DNA from: Sedimentisphaerales bacterium
GTDB taxonomy: Bacteria; Planctomycetota; Phycisphaerae; Sedimentisphaerales; Anaerobacaceae
Length of the DNA stretch: 64,000 bases
Assembly: GCA_963708075.1 (NCBI GenBank)
Contig: OY970194.1
Coordinates: 2,368,001 to 2,432,000 of the forward strand
Direction of reading: 5' to 3'
The notes under the pieces were generated by a model. It worked only from the letters and a program-made list of their open reading frames with translations, did no database searches and had not been told where the DNA came from. Shown in pieces: positions 32,684-43,320 of the stretch. Made by a program: the position numbers and the translations under genes. The first letter of the stretch is position 1; each line of letters begins with the position of its first letter.

Positions 32684-33913
32684 CTACAAGCCTCGGATTC
32701 CCACGACCTCGCCGGGGACAAGCGACAATCGTGGCGGAATGTTGATCAGCACGGGTTGTCCCCACTGGGGAACATTCGGGTTACGCCACAGGCGTTGCGG
32801 CATCAGTTCCATCGTGGGGCTGATCGACGCAATCTGCGACTCTGCGATCTGCGCCGGTGTCCTGATCTTGACCAGTTCCACCGACATACCCTCTTTGAGC
32901 ATGCTCAACTGCTGCTCACTCACGTACGCCACAATTTCGGTTGGCTCCTCCAGTGCGACCGCGAGAATCGGGTCCCCGGCCCGTACTACCTCGCCGACGC
33001 GCCGCATCACCTGTTCGCCCGGCCTTTGCTGTAGCGCATCGTTTTCCTGTACCGGAATGGGGATAATGCGACCTTTGATAGGTGATTTGAGCTCGACGGC
33101 TTTCCGGGATTTCAGCGCCGTGAGTTGTTCAAGGAGTCCCTTCATCAATTCTTCCTGCACCCCGATCTCTTTGCGGATCACCTCCAGCGCCTGATCCACT
33201 GAGGGCCCTGCGATCTCTTGTCCGGCAAACTGCTCCAGCCGCACCTCCGCTTCAGCCATGTCCGCTTTCGCCTGAGCCAGCAATCGCGAGTCCTCGTCGA
33301 TCTTCTTGCTCAGGCTGGCGCACTGCACCTTGACCTTGTCCAGCTCATAGGGTGCAATCACGTCTTCCTCAAGAAGCTTCTCAAGGATCTTCCTCTCCGA
33401 CATCAGATCGCCCAGAGTCAGTTCATCGGCGGCAATCGACCCCTGCAACTGCATGACTCGCACGCGATAATTGTCCGCATCCATGGCGATCCGGTTCAGG
33501 TCTCCTGACCGGCTGATTTCCAGGTTCCGCTTCTCCGCCTGCATCGTCTCCTGGGTTGGGATCAGTTGGGCGGCCAGATGCTCGATTTCGGCCATGACAC
33601 CGGCCAACTCCCCTTTGAGCTCCGCTTCCAGCGTCTGCTCGTTATCGAGGATCGTGTCCACGACCGCCAAGGTCTGTCCGGCGATCACTGGCTCGTATAA
33701 TGCGACCGAAATGTCCTTGATGCGGCCGGTGCTGCTCGCCGCCACCTGGCGCACCTCCCCCCTCGCGATGCCCACGATTTCAAATCGGTGAGCACGCTGA
33801 CGAAGGAGCCCGACTACGCCACCGACAGCCACCAGCCAGACCATCACCGGCACTGCGTGACGCAGGTAGGAGCGTTTCTGCTCGTGACTACTTGGTGCGG
33901 CTTTTCTTCCCAT
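32684..33913 (-). CDS. HlyD-like periplasmic adaptor (membrane fusion protein)
   Basis: N-terminal TM, lipoyl halves (TGRIKDI...AGQTLA; LKSPIKG...VGEVVRAGDPI) flanking a long coiled coil; LVPGEVV end. Confidence 0.85.
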   Translation of the reverse strand: MGRKAAPSSHEQKRSYLRHAVPVMVWLVAVGGVVGLLRQRAHRFEIVGIARGEVRQVAASSTGRIKDISVALYEPVIAGQTLAVVDTILDNEQTLEAELKGELAGVMAEIEHLAAQLIPTQETMQAEKRNLEISRSGDLNRIAMDADNYRVRVMQLQGSIAADELTLGDLMSERKILEKLLEEDVIAPYELDKVKVQCASLSKKIDEDSRLLAQAKADMAEAEVRLEQFAGQEIAGPSVDQALEVIRKEIGVQEELMKGLLEQLTALKSRKAVELKSPIKGRIIPIPVQENDALQQRPGEQVMRRVGEVVRAGDPILAVALEEPTEIVAYVSEQQLSMLKEGMSVELVKIRTPAQIAESQIASISPTMELMPQRLWRNPNVPQWGQPVLINIPPRLSLVPGEVVGIRGL

Positions 33914-33921
33914 CGTGCGGC

Positions 33922-34617
33922 CTAGGCTTCGAGGAGCCTCTCCTGCATCGTCAGATTGATGTTCTCGATCCCTTCGACCTTCTCTAACTCGGCGACAAAC
34001 TCATTGTTCATGGCGACATTGCGTATCATGATCTGATAGGCGTATTCGGCCGGTCCGCCGAAACCGCTGTCCTGCACCGAGATCAGGCTGAAGCTCCCAC
34101 AGAACCGATGCAGAATATTGGACACCGGATGGTTTGGACCCAGTGGGCCTCGCAGGCCGAAGCGAAGGAAACCATTGTGAGGCTCATGCGAGCCAAAATC
34201 GGTGAAATGCAGGTACACGGCGATCGAGCACAGAATCAGCGTCCCCAGGATCGACGTCAGGTATCGGTGCGAGCCGCAAGCCATGCCGATCACCAACGCG
34301 CAAAAGACGAAGGCGATGTCACGCGTGTCCTTGAGCACGTTCCGGAAGCGGACGATGGCTAACGCGCCCATCAGCCCGACGGCCGTGATGATGTTGTTCC
34401 CGATCACCGACATCACCATGGAGACGATTACCGTGATCAGGATCAGCGATTGCACATAAGAGCGGGAATAGGACAATCCCGTGTGCGTAAGGTAATAAAC
34501 CCACGCAAGCACCTGCCCCAGCACAAATGCCAGCAGAAGCGAAAGAAGCACGGCCTGGGGAGTGAACATCCCGCTGCCCAGCGACGTGTCCTCCAGGACT
34601 TGCCACCATCTATCCAT
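33922..34617 (-). CDS. DUF4956 family membrane protein
   Basis: Four to five TM helices, YSRSYVQSL, GLMGALAIVRFRNVLKDTRD, C-terminal ACT-like soluble part. Confidence 0.88.
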   Translation of the reverse strand: MDRWWQVLEDTSLGSGMFTPQAVLLSLLLAFVLGQVLAWVYYLTHTGLSYSRSYVQSLILITVIVSMVMSVIGNNIITAVGLMGALAIVRFRNVLKDTRDIAFVFCALVIGMACGSHRYLTSILGTLILCSIAVYLHFTDFGSHEPHNGFLRFGLRGPLGPNHPVSNILHRFCGSFSLISVQDSGFGGPAEYAYQIMIRNVAMNNEFVAELEKVEGIENINLTMQERLLEA

Positions 34618-35518
34618 TCCACGGACTCCTCAGGGCCGGGGCACAGAAGCCAAACCGGCACGCCTGTTCGATAGATGTGGCGTACTTGGATACCGAATTC
34701 AACACCAAGCCGAAGTCCTCCACCAGGCGGCTGAGCCACAGGGGATACGTTCCCGTGAACTTGATCTCCAGGATTACGTTGTTCATTGTAACATCATTGC
34801 GCTGCCAGCCGGAACCCCCAAGTCGCACATACGGCTCGTGCGTGACCTTGTAACAGAGATCCCGGTCAAAGGTCACCCTCACCCGGTTCTGGGAAGGGCT
34901 CTCCCAGGCCTGCCTCTTATAGCGGACCAGAACCATCGGGCCGGCATGGATGCTTGCCACGTACAACTGAAACTGATTCAAGGCGGCCTCGTCGGTCGTA
35001 TAGCCTTGCGGGGGCAACGACATGCCCCGGATCAAGACCGGCACATCACCGTCCATCACGCGCGCCCGGCTTTTCATGATCACGCGATTGATCCGCCGCT
35101 TGATCTCAAAGAAACGCGGGTACTCGGGCTCATCCGTGTAGCTGCGAATCCGCAGCTTGAACCGGTTTTTCACCCCCGTCATGGTCTCCCGGCACAGCCG
35201 CAGGTCCGGAGAGTCCAAATACAGGCTGACGATCGGGTAATACCCTCCCCGTTGCAGCTTGGAGTAGCGGTCCGGCTCGAGAAACGGCCTGATATACCTT
35301 TCAATGGCCGCGGTCTCGATCTCCGTAATGAGGTATTTCATCTCATATCGGCACGCGAGCATCCGGTCAACCGTCTTCTTCGGCTGCCGGTCAGGGCGCA
35401 CCTTCGGACTGTCCTTCTGCCCCGGGGCATTGTCACAAGCCCGTCGTTCTGAGTCATTTGTCATCATACCGGCCTTCTCCGCCGCATTACCTGGCGAGGC
35501 CGGATTTCGTAATTCCAA
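34610..35518 (-). CDS. VTC-domain polyphosphate polymerase (triphosphate tunnel metalloenzyme)
   Basis: RYEMKY, SLYLD, KLRIRSY, FEIKRR, YKRQAW, RVRVTFD, ILEIKF, SKY match Vtc4 catalytic-tunnel motifs. Confidence 0.88.
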   Translation of the reverse strand: MELRNPASPGNAAEKAGMMTNDSERRACDNAPGQKDSPKVRPDRQPKKTVDRMLACRYEMKYLITEIETAAIERYIRPFLEPDRYSKLQRGGYYPIVSLYLDSPDLRLCRETMTGVKNRFKLRIRSYTDEPEYPRFFEIKRRINRVIMKSRARVMDGDVPVLIRGMSLPPQGYTTDEAALNQFQLYVASIHAGPMVLVRYKRQAWESPSQNRVRVTFDRDLCYKVTHEPYVRLGGSGWQRNDVTMNNVILEIKFTGTYPLWLSRLVEDFGLVLNSVSKYATSIEQACRFGFCAPALRSPWNG

Positions 35519-35647
35519 ATCCGTGACACTCCTTCATGGTCCGGCCTTGACCTCGCAAACGCAAGTGACGCCCTCCCAAGCAGTTACACGTCATCATTCC
35601 TTAACCTCGCACTGGAGATGGTCAATTCCAGCCCGAGCTTCTTATCT

Positions 35648-35677
35648 ATTTTAACACACGGACCCACTCACAGTCAA
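35648..35677 (-). promoter_or_regulatory. Sigma70-like promoter of the VTC-DUF4956-HlyD-TolC unit
   Basis: Minus strand TTGACT-N18-TAAAAT with TG extended -10. Confidence 0.55.
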
Positions 35678-35750
35678 GAGCCTGTCACCCAGTTTCCCTT
35701 GTCATCACGCAAAGCCTGACCACGTCCGATAAACCATGATTCCGATGCAT

Positions 35751-38700
35751 CTACGGCTCCTCATGCCTGAGAGGGTCCGGCTCGTTAGCGGCCCCCGGAG
35801 AAGGAACCGCGGAATGCCAGTTGGCGGGGTCGTTGCCATACGCAGCGGAATCCGTCCGGTTCAGGGACATGCCCAAGCCGTTGGCATCCCCGGGCCACGG
35901 GTCAGTGCGCTCAGGGAAATCCCGCCCGTGCGCCCCGTCACTGTACACGACCCGATCCACACGAATCCAGTTACGCGTTCCATTTGCATCCACGTTGCCG
36001 GGCTTGCTGAGCTGGATCTTTGCCGGACCGTTGACCAGCTTGCCGGCGCCCCAGGCAAGAATCTGCACGCCCACAGGGGCCGTGTACTTCGAACTGAACA
36101 AGCCCGTGTCTTTCACCAGCAGCAGGTACTCGCCTGCTGCGAGCGTCACAGGTGGATTCTCAGGCAGCAGCAACTCAACGGATGGCTCCTCCGGATCATC
36201 CGTGAATCGCCAGGGAGCTTCTCTGACTGCGTCGTACAACGTCACAGGCTCATCGCTGATATTGAGCAGCTCCACGTACTCGGCGTCTACAGGATTCTCC
36301 GGATGGTACATGATCTCATTGATCACCACCGGCCCCACTCTCGGAGCAGCATTCTCCGCACCAGGCGTGGCCATGCTCATCGCCACGAAGTTGTATGTAC
36401 CCATGCTCTTCTCGTAGCGACCCAGGGAGACTCCCGCCTCGGAGGCATCGAATTTCTCCTGCTCGCTGTAGCCGGTCAGGACGCCTGCGGAACCGGAATG
36501 CAGATAGACCGTTTCTCCATCGGCGCTCAGGGCAAAGGGCTCATGGCTGCCCGGATCGGCCTGGCTGTTGAAGTGGCGGTTCTCATAGAACACGATGTAC
36601 TCACCGGCGGCGATACTTGCCCCGGCGGCCACCTCGTACTGGGTCAGATTGTTCGCGTCATCGCTGAGGAACCAGCCTCCGATATCAATGGGCTGATCGG
36701 TCGTATTGTGCAGCTCGATCCAATCGGGTCCGCTGTCCTGGGAGTTGGCCAGAAGCTCATTGATGACCACGGAGCCGAGCGGAGGCACCTGGCCGCTATC
36801 GTCAGTACCGGGCGAGCCGCCTGCCTTGGCGCTGGGCCGCCAGACAATCTTATCATCGTACGCATTGGGGTCGGCTGTCCTCGGGTCTCTTACGGTAAGC
36901 GAGAAACCCAGCCCGTCAGTGATATCGAACCAGTTGTCTTCGAGGCGGAAATCGTGAATGTCTGTGCCCACGGCATCGAGCAATTCGATCCGCTCTCCCG
37001 CGTTGTTCAGGTTGCCTACGTACTGGCCCACGACAGGCAGACTCGAGCCGTACCGGGCCTGGAAGGCTGTCGCGTTCCTGACCAGCAGGGAGTAGCGGCT
37101 GGGAGCCAATTCCAGGTCCGGGAAGGTGAAGTAGACGCCATTGGCGAGCTTCACCAGGTTCAGATTGATGCTCTCATCGCCGATGTTGATCAGCTCGATG
37201 AATTCGGTATTGGGATCATTCGGGTCGTCCGTCTCGACCGGGTGGTACATGATCTCGCTAATCCGCAGGTTCTCCGCGATCGGCCCGACGGAGAAGACCG
37301 CCTCGTTCAAAGCGCTCCAGGCGCCGCCGCTCAGTGCCCGGGCCTTGACCTGCACGCTCTTGTCCAGCGTCACGGGACCTGTGTACTTGATGGCGGTCGG
37401 CGAAATCCCACCGCTCGCGGCAGATGTCCCTTGCCCCCACTCCAGCGAGGCCTGGATGATGAAGTCCGAGCTTGTCGGCGAGGAATTCAAGCCATGAATG
37501 GCGAGGATGTTCTGCCCCTGCCGCAACAGGCTGATGTGCTCGTCGATCGGGAAGATCTCGGCGGCATCGCCCTCATGGTTGGCTTGAGCGGCGGAATTCC
37601 ATGCCGGTGTCCCGGTGAACGAGGCCCTCTGCACTTCGACGCCGTTGAGGTAGGCGACAAAACCGTCGTCATATTGGACCCTGAGTGACAGCGACTTGTA
37701 CGTGCTCGGGTCTGCGGCCACATCGAAGGGGATTCGTATGTAGCAGCCCGCCGCGATTCCATACATCTGCCGATTCAGATCGAGGCTGATCAGGGACTCA
37801 TACCCGAGGCTGCGCTCGTAACCGACCCCGCCGGGGCCGCCCGCCACGGTCATCCAGGTCGCATCATTGAAATCCTCACCGCCCTTCCATGCCTCTTCGA
37901 CTTCACCGGTCGGAACGAGGACGCGTTTGGTCGTGTTCTCGGCCACCAGGATCTGGCCTCCGGAGCTCCCCGCCTTCTCCGGCAGCCGCGGATCCGTGCC
38001 GTCCAGGGTGTAGTAGATGTCGTCTGACGCCTGCATTCTCAGCTCGAAGCCAACGGGGACATGCCCGCCGTGCTGATTGAAGCTCGGGGCCCATACGTCG
38101 GGATACCAACCATGGCTCCTCAACTGGTCCAGGACCACCGACGTCCGGTTCGGAAGGCCGAAGTCGCCATAGTCGTTGATGATGCGATTGACCTCGTTCT
38201 CCCAGTCCGCCTTCGTAAACGCGGTCGAGCGCTTCGCGTCGCCCCAGCGAGCGGACTCGGCGATGATGGCCATCTCGATTTGGCCGGCCCGGTCGAGCAT
38301 GCGCTGCCTCGATCTTGCGTAGGCCAGAACCCCGTTGTTGAAGAAATGCTTGTGCACGCGATCGGCCAAGCGCATGCGGAACTCCGGATGTTCGAGCAGC
38401 CTTTGCTGCAACCACTGGGGCGTGAAGTACTCGAAGCGCGCAGATCCGGATGCGTGAAAGGCCCCGTCCGATCCAGGCCCCAGCCATAGCGGTCGATCAA
38501 GGTGTGCTCGGCGTCATGCCGGAACCACTTGAAACCATCCGGATTCGCATGATTGTAGACGCTGTAGTAGTTGTTCGGCCGGTTGTTGCCGAGAAAATTG
38601 GATATAGGCCCGTCAAAATCTCCCGCGTAGAAGGTGCACAGCATGTAGTCGATCAGGTTATCCGGGTCGAGCAGCTTGGGGTACTCGGGGTTGGGCGTCC

Positions 38701-40426
38701 CATCCGGATTCAGGCCCTGGATCCGATAATACGGCTCCTCGACATTGAAGCCGGCCACAGCAGCCTGCCAGAGCAGACGGCAGGCATCCAGGGCGCCGTC
38801 CGTCGCCTCGATGGTGTAGCTGGGGTTGCCGCCTACGGTCTTTACGACGTCGTAATCCTCCTTGCCTCCCCCGAAGTAGGATTCAGCGTACGAGGCTTCC
38901 GGCCGCTCTTCCGTCTGGAACAAACCCCAGTACTGGCCATTGAGATAGAGATGATAGTAGCGACTTCGGGTGTAGGATTGGCCCATGTCCCGCTGCGTGT
39001 CACGAGAGAAGACGTCGCGGAGGAATGTGTGCCTTTCAGACCCGTCATAGGCCCAGGAGTAGTTCTGGCTGGTCCGCAGATCGATGTTTTCGAATTCGTC
39101 CACTCCCTCTTTGCCGAAGAGTGGATACTTGAGCTTTGGCGTGCCGTACTCACTTCGAAAGAACAGGCGAAACGCGTGTTTGGGATTCGAGTCGCTGCGG
39201 CTGTATCCGCCGCGAACCCGCAGTCCGGCGTCAACCTGGAATCCCTCCGTCTCATCCGGATGAATCAACTCGACGGAAACCAGCCGCTCCCACTCCTGTC
39301 CGGTCCGCTTCGCATTCACGTAGATCCCTCGTTGCGAGTCGAAGAGATTGCTCACGTCCGTCGCGAGGGAAATCGTGGGGATGGAAAGCAGTGCATCACC
39401 CATCAGGTCCTTGTACCGGGGATCGTTCACGACATCCGGGTCCATGCCGTAGTCGATCGTCTGCCCGTTGACGCTGCCGGTGGGCCATCCGGGTCCGGGG
39501 GACCCTCCCGTCGGAGACTGCTTGATCACATCGGCAACGAAGATATAGGTGCGAGTCTCTATTGGCGAGGGTTGCCAGCCGGGCTTGACCGCGACCGCAC
39601 GCAGGCAGGCGGTCTTGTTGATTCGCACCGGCTCACTGTACAAGGCAGCCATGCTACTCGGACGGGCGGCATCGGCGACATACGGCACGCTGCCGTCCGT
39701 CGTGTAGTAGATCATCGCCCCTTCCGTCTCGCAGGTGATGGCTACGAAGAACTCCCGATCATGGAAGCCGTGGTCGAAATTGAACTTCGGCTTCCGTGTA
39801 ATCCCCTCGTAGATCCGGACGTTCGGGCCGCCGGGGGTGGGGAATGTCATCAGCCACCACGAGTCGTTCCCATCCGGGAATCGGCCGTAGGAGACGTTCG
39901 CCACCTGCTGGTCAAATGTGATAGTGTCGACCAGAGTGACGCCGTCCTTGTCGAACAGCGCCAGATCCTCGCCGCCGGCATTGAGCGAGAAGTCCGCATG
40001 CAGCCCCGGGTCCGCCACATCCCTGTCGGCCCAAATCACCAGGTAGCCATGGGGTGCAATGGTCGTCTGCGCAGCATCGCTGGTGGGAATGTGCCATTTC
40101 GCGGGTTGGAGCAGATCGTCCGTCAGGTACATCCCGCCGACATCGAACGGTGCGTCCCCCCGGTTATATAACTCAAGCCAGTCGTCCGGCTCGCCTTGCG
40201 GGTCTGAGTACTTGTCGCTCGAGTTTGACGCCAGGAACTCGTTGATGACGATGGGGATAGCCCCTGCCTCCAGATTCGCGTCCACAACCGTGTAATCGGC
40301 AAAGCCGCTACCGTCGCCAAGATCCCGAGAGGATGAAGCAGCTAGCGTGGAACCGCCGATACAGAGAATCAGCGCAAGCACGCGCACGCTGTCCGGCAAC
40401 ACATTCACCTTCGTCCTCCCGTGCAA
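35751..40426 (-). CDS. Large secreted CotH-kinase protein with multiple lamin-tail domains and Fn3-associated/CHB_HEX_C-like domains; one frameshift near 38441
   Basis: Signal peptide; LTD motifs (INEFLA, DWLELYN, TPGGPN; ISEIMYHP; INELLA; INEIMYHP); CotH motifs RGGYSR, LYLNGQYWGL, NNYY, IIAESARWGD; IYYTTDG/IYYTLDG. Confidence 0.85.
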
Positions 40427-40486
40427 ATAGACAAGTCTACCCGGGCTTCACTCCGCGCAGAAGCTCCGGACAGAAGCCAAAACTGT

Positions 40487-40516
40487 ATTGTAGCATAAAT
40501 CCTGCCATCAGGTCAA
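40487..40516 (-). promoter_or_regulatory. Sigma70-like promoter of the CotH gene
   Basis: Minus strand TTGACC-N18-TACAAT with TG extended -10. Confidence 0.55.
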
Positions 40517-40694
40517 TCCTGGCTCCCGGCAAATGTCCCGCCCGCGAGCCAGCGAAAACCGGGACTTCCAGCGCCACAGGTGCGGCCGGCACCCATCCTT
40601 ATAGACGCAATTCCAGCGTCTTAGTTTCAGAAAAACTCTGTGAGCCGGATATGCTTTCCCGCCGCAAATCGCGGTGGCGCGTCAGCACTCAAGG

Positions 40695-41105
40695 TCACTG
40701 GTCGGCGCTGCTCCGCTCCCCAAGAGTATGTGAATCGAAGGACAACCATGGGCGAACCGCCTCGATCGTGGCAGGACCTATGCCTGTAACCCTTCGCAGA
40801 TCTTCGGCGCGTCTGAACGCGGGCCCCTGGCCGCCCCTCTCGCTGAATTGACTGCGGTAGGAGACAATCTGCCGAGCCCGCGCTGGGCCGATTCTCGGCA
40901 GTCTGGCCAGACTTTCGGGCAGCGCATCGTTCGGATTGATCGTGTCCTCGATCGCGAAGTGAACAGGGTGTGCGGATGTATCCGCCACGCTTACAGCAAA
41001 AGTGATGCCGGTTGCCACACAAAGGCATGCAAGACAGAGGAAACCAACCGATTCGATCAGGTCGCCGGACGGCTCGCTCCTGCCGGTGAAGACGCCGGAC
41101 ATCAT
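40695..41105 (-). CDS. ComEA-like helix-hairpin-helix DNA-binding protein
   Basis: TM segment, INPNDA, LPRIGPARA, FRRAEDLRRVTGIGPATIE. Confidence 0.85.
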   Translation of the reverse strand: MMSGVFTGRSEPSGDLIESVGFLCLACLCVATGITFAVSVADTSAHPVHFAIEDTINPNDALPESLARLPRIGPARARQIVSYRSQFSERGGQGPAFRRAEDLRRVTGIGPATIEAVRPWLSFDSHTLGERSSADQ

Positions 41106-41133
41106 CGGGCACCTCCCTGGGTCGCGTCCGTTC

Positions 41134-42609
41134 CTACCGCTTGAACATGGACACGTATACCCTCTTGAGCGTCTTGAATGCTTCTTTTGCCTCAAGCTGG
41201 TCAGTCAACAGGCCGCTGTACGCAATGGTGTCGTCCGGACCGTCTGCGAGGGTGCCGTAATTGACGGCTTCAACAAACGGTTTGCTCAAAGCAATCTTAT
41301 AGAAGCGATTGAGCCATTGACTTTGCCGAGTGTCATCCCATTTCTGGTGCCACACGCCGGCCACCTGGCTCTCAAATGGGCCGCTGCCGTTCTTGCTGGG
41401 GATCTCGACGTCGGTGATGTACAGCGGCTTGGCCACCACGGCAAAGCAATCGAGAATGGACGATATCTGCATCATGTCCCGCAGATGCATGCCCACTTCA
41501 TCTTTGCCGAAGCGCATCTGCAGTCCGAACGCATCGAAATTGGTCCCGCTCTGGACCACCATATCCATGTAGACAAACGGCGGAATACTGTTGGGCGTCG
41601 TGGCGTAATATTCGCCCCACGGATGGCTGACCTCAATGATTTTGACGGCCCGGCTGCCTGCCGCCTTCACACCCATACTGGCCGCACGCGTCATCTCGAG
41701 GATCTGCTCAAAATTGAAATTGAACTGGTTGTATGCGTTCAGGCCGCTGATCACGTACCATCGATGGACCACGTTGGCATAGCGGGCCACGACTTTGGAA
41801 ACGAACTGATACGCCAGTTCCCGGATCTTCTCGAAGCCAACCCCGGCCTGCAGGAGCCATTGGGGCAGGTGGTCTTCCGTGAAGCGAAGCAACGGTCCAA
41901 CGCCGATGACCACCTTCTTCCCGGCCAGCAGAGAAATGCACTGATCCACGGCGGAGAAATCCAGGTGTCCTTTTCGGGCTTCGATCTGCGCCCAGTTGAC
42001 AGGCACGGTCACCGAGGAAAAGAACTCCGTGAGTTTATCGAAATACTGAGGCTTGGCAATCAGGCGGGGATCGACCCGACAACCGAGACAGCCGCGGCCG
42101 AACCCATGATTCTTACGCCGCTTGTCAAAGAGCAGTTTCCCGTGTCGGATGGCCAGTTTCTCAGAGTATACCATGGCCCTCTTCAGGGCCTCGTCAGCCA
42201 GCCGGGATGCCTTCGCGCCGTTGTCGATGTTCTGGATCGCCTCGATAAACAGGTCCTGGGCCCCCTTCGAAATGTCCTCCATCCCCTCGACGCTATCGAA
42301 AAAGGACCAGTCTTCCCGCCGGTTGGTGATTTGCATAAGCTTGGCGCGGGTGATCTCGACGTTGAGATTATAGGGGCGTTCCCGCTCGGGCAGGCAGGTG
42401 GTGGGCAGCAGGATGCGGCCGAAACCGCTGATCGGCCACAGCAGGGCCAGGCCCGCCGTTTCTACGTTTGGCCTGATGCACTCGACGATGCCGTTGGTGG
42501 CGCCGATTCTCGCCCGGCGGATGCTGATGCCGTCCGTGCCGAACAGGTAGGCGCCGCAGGGCCTGAACTTCTCAACAAGTTCGCCATCTCTGAAGACCTG
42601 AAACTTCAC
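41134..42609 (-). CDS. GH10-like TIM-barrel protein without signal peptide (probably non-catalytic)
   Basis: WAQIE..G..DFS.VD, VVARY, W, FDAFGLQ, PLYIT, GLL...K.AF pattern resembles the GH10 barrel. Confidence 0.7.
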   Translation of the reverse strand: MKFQVFRDGELVEKFRPCGAYLFGTDGISIRRARIGATNGIVECIRPNVETAGLALLWPISGFGRILLPTTCLPERERPYNLNVEITRAKLMQITNRREDWSFFDSVEGMEDISKGAQDLFIEAIQNIDNGAKASRLADEALKRAMVYSEKLAIRHGKLLFDKRRKNHGFGRGCLGCRVDPRLIAKPQYFDKLTEFFSSVTVPVNWAQIEARKGHLDFSAVDQCISLLAGKKVVIGVGPLLRFTEDHLPQWLLQAGVGFEKIRELAYQFVSKVVARYANVVHRWYVISGLNAYNQFNFNFEQILEMTRAASMGVKAAGSRAVKIIEVSHPWGEYYATTPNSIPPFVYMDMVVQSGTNFDAFGLQMRFGKDEVGMHLRDMMQISSILDCFAVVAKPLYITDVEIPSKNGSGPFESQVAGVWHQKWDDTRQSQWLNRFYKIALSKPFVEAVNYGTLADGPDDTIAYSGLLTDQLEAKEAFKTLKRVYVSMFKR

Positions 42610-42758
42610 TCAGTACCTCGATCCAACAGGTTGATTGCGGCACCGCACCCGCAAAGTCATGCGAAGTGTGCTCGCGGCACTATCATAGCACAGAGCGGCT
42701 TTGACGCAACGCAAAAACCCGGTTGCGTGCCCGGGAGCAGCCCGGCGATCGGGTACAA

Positions 42759-43211
42759 TCAGGTTTCTGCCGCATGGGGCCGGCCCGGAAAGGGCCTTTT
42801 CTTGTACCGGACCATGCGCAATCCGTTGCCTCGCTCATTGTACTCGACCACGTCCATATAGGCATTCATGAGCAGCAGGCCGCGGCCTTCCGGCCGATAC
42901 AGGTTCTCGCCCGTCCGGGGATCGGGGATGCTGTGTGGATCGAACCCCCGGCCCTCATCCGTCATCCGGATCTCCACCTTCTCCTCATCGACCAGGTATT
43001 CCAGCACCACTTTCTTGGACGGGTCCATCTTGTTGCCGTGCTTGACAGCGTTGAGGAAGGCCTCTTCCAGAGCCAGATGCACGGCGAACAGATCGTCCTG
43101 CGTATAGCCCTTCTCCTCCAGGAGGGAGAGAAGTCGCTCGCATGGCTCCCTGAGGCCTGATGGCTTGCTTTCTATAACGATGGAAGACTGGATGGGCGTC
43201 TTAGACGCCAT
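42759..43211 (-). CDS. Anti-sigma factor / Ser-Thr kinase (RsbW family)
   Basis: LEEAFLNAVKHGN, DEGRGFD, GRGLLLM. Confidence 0.9.
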   Translation of the reverse strand: MASKTPIQSSIVIESKPSGLREPCERLLSLLEEKGYTQDDLFAVHLALEEAFLNAVKHGNKMDPSKKVVLEYLVDEEKVEIRMTDEGRGFDPHSIPDPRTGENLYRPEGRGLLLMNAYMDVVEYNERGNGLRMVRYKKRPFPGRPHAAET

Positions 43212-43320
43212 ACCGTAATACCTGCCCTTCTACATCCTCCGGACCAGGCCTGTGCGCAACCCGGTTCGGCCCTCGCGACGGAGGTTTGGCGACGCTGTCC
43301 ACGAGTTGCCGGCCCGGACT

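Noticed and set aside
41002..42861. 619-aa plus-strand ORF and other long antisense ORFs (e.g. 35736-37688, 38450-40171, 6507-8048, 58023-59621)
   Set aside because: Shadow ORFs opposite well-supported genes, expected in GC-rich DNA; no recognisable motifs
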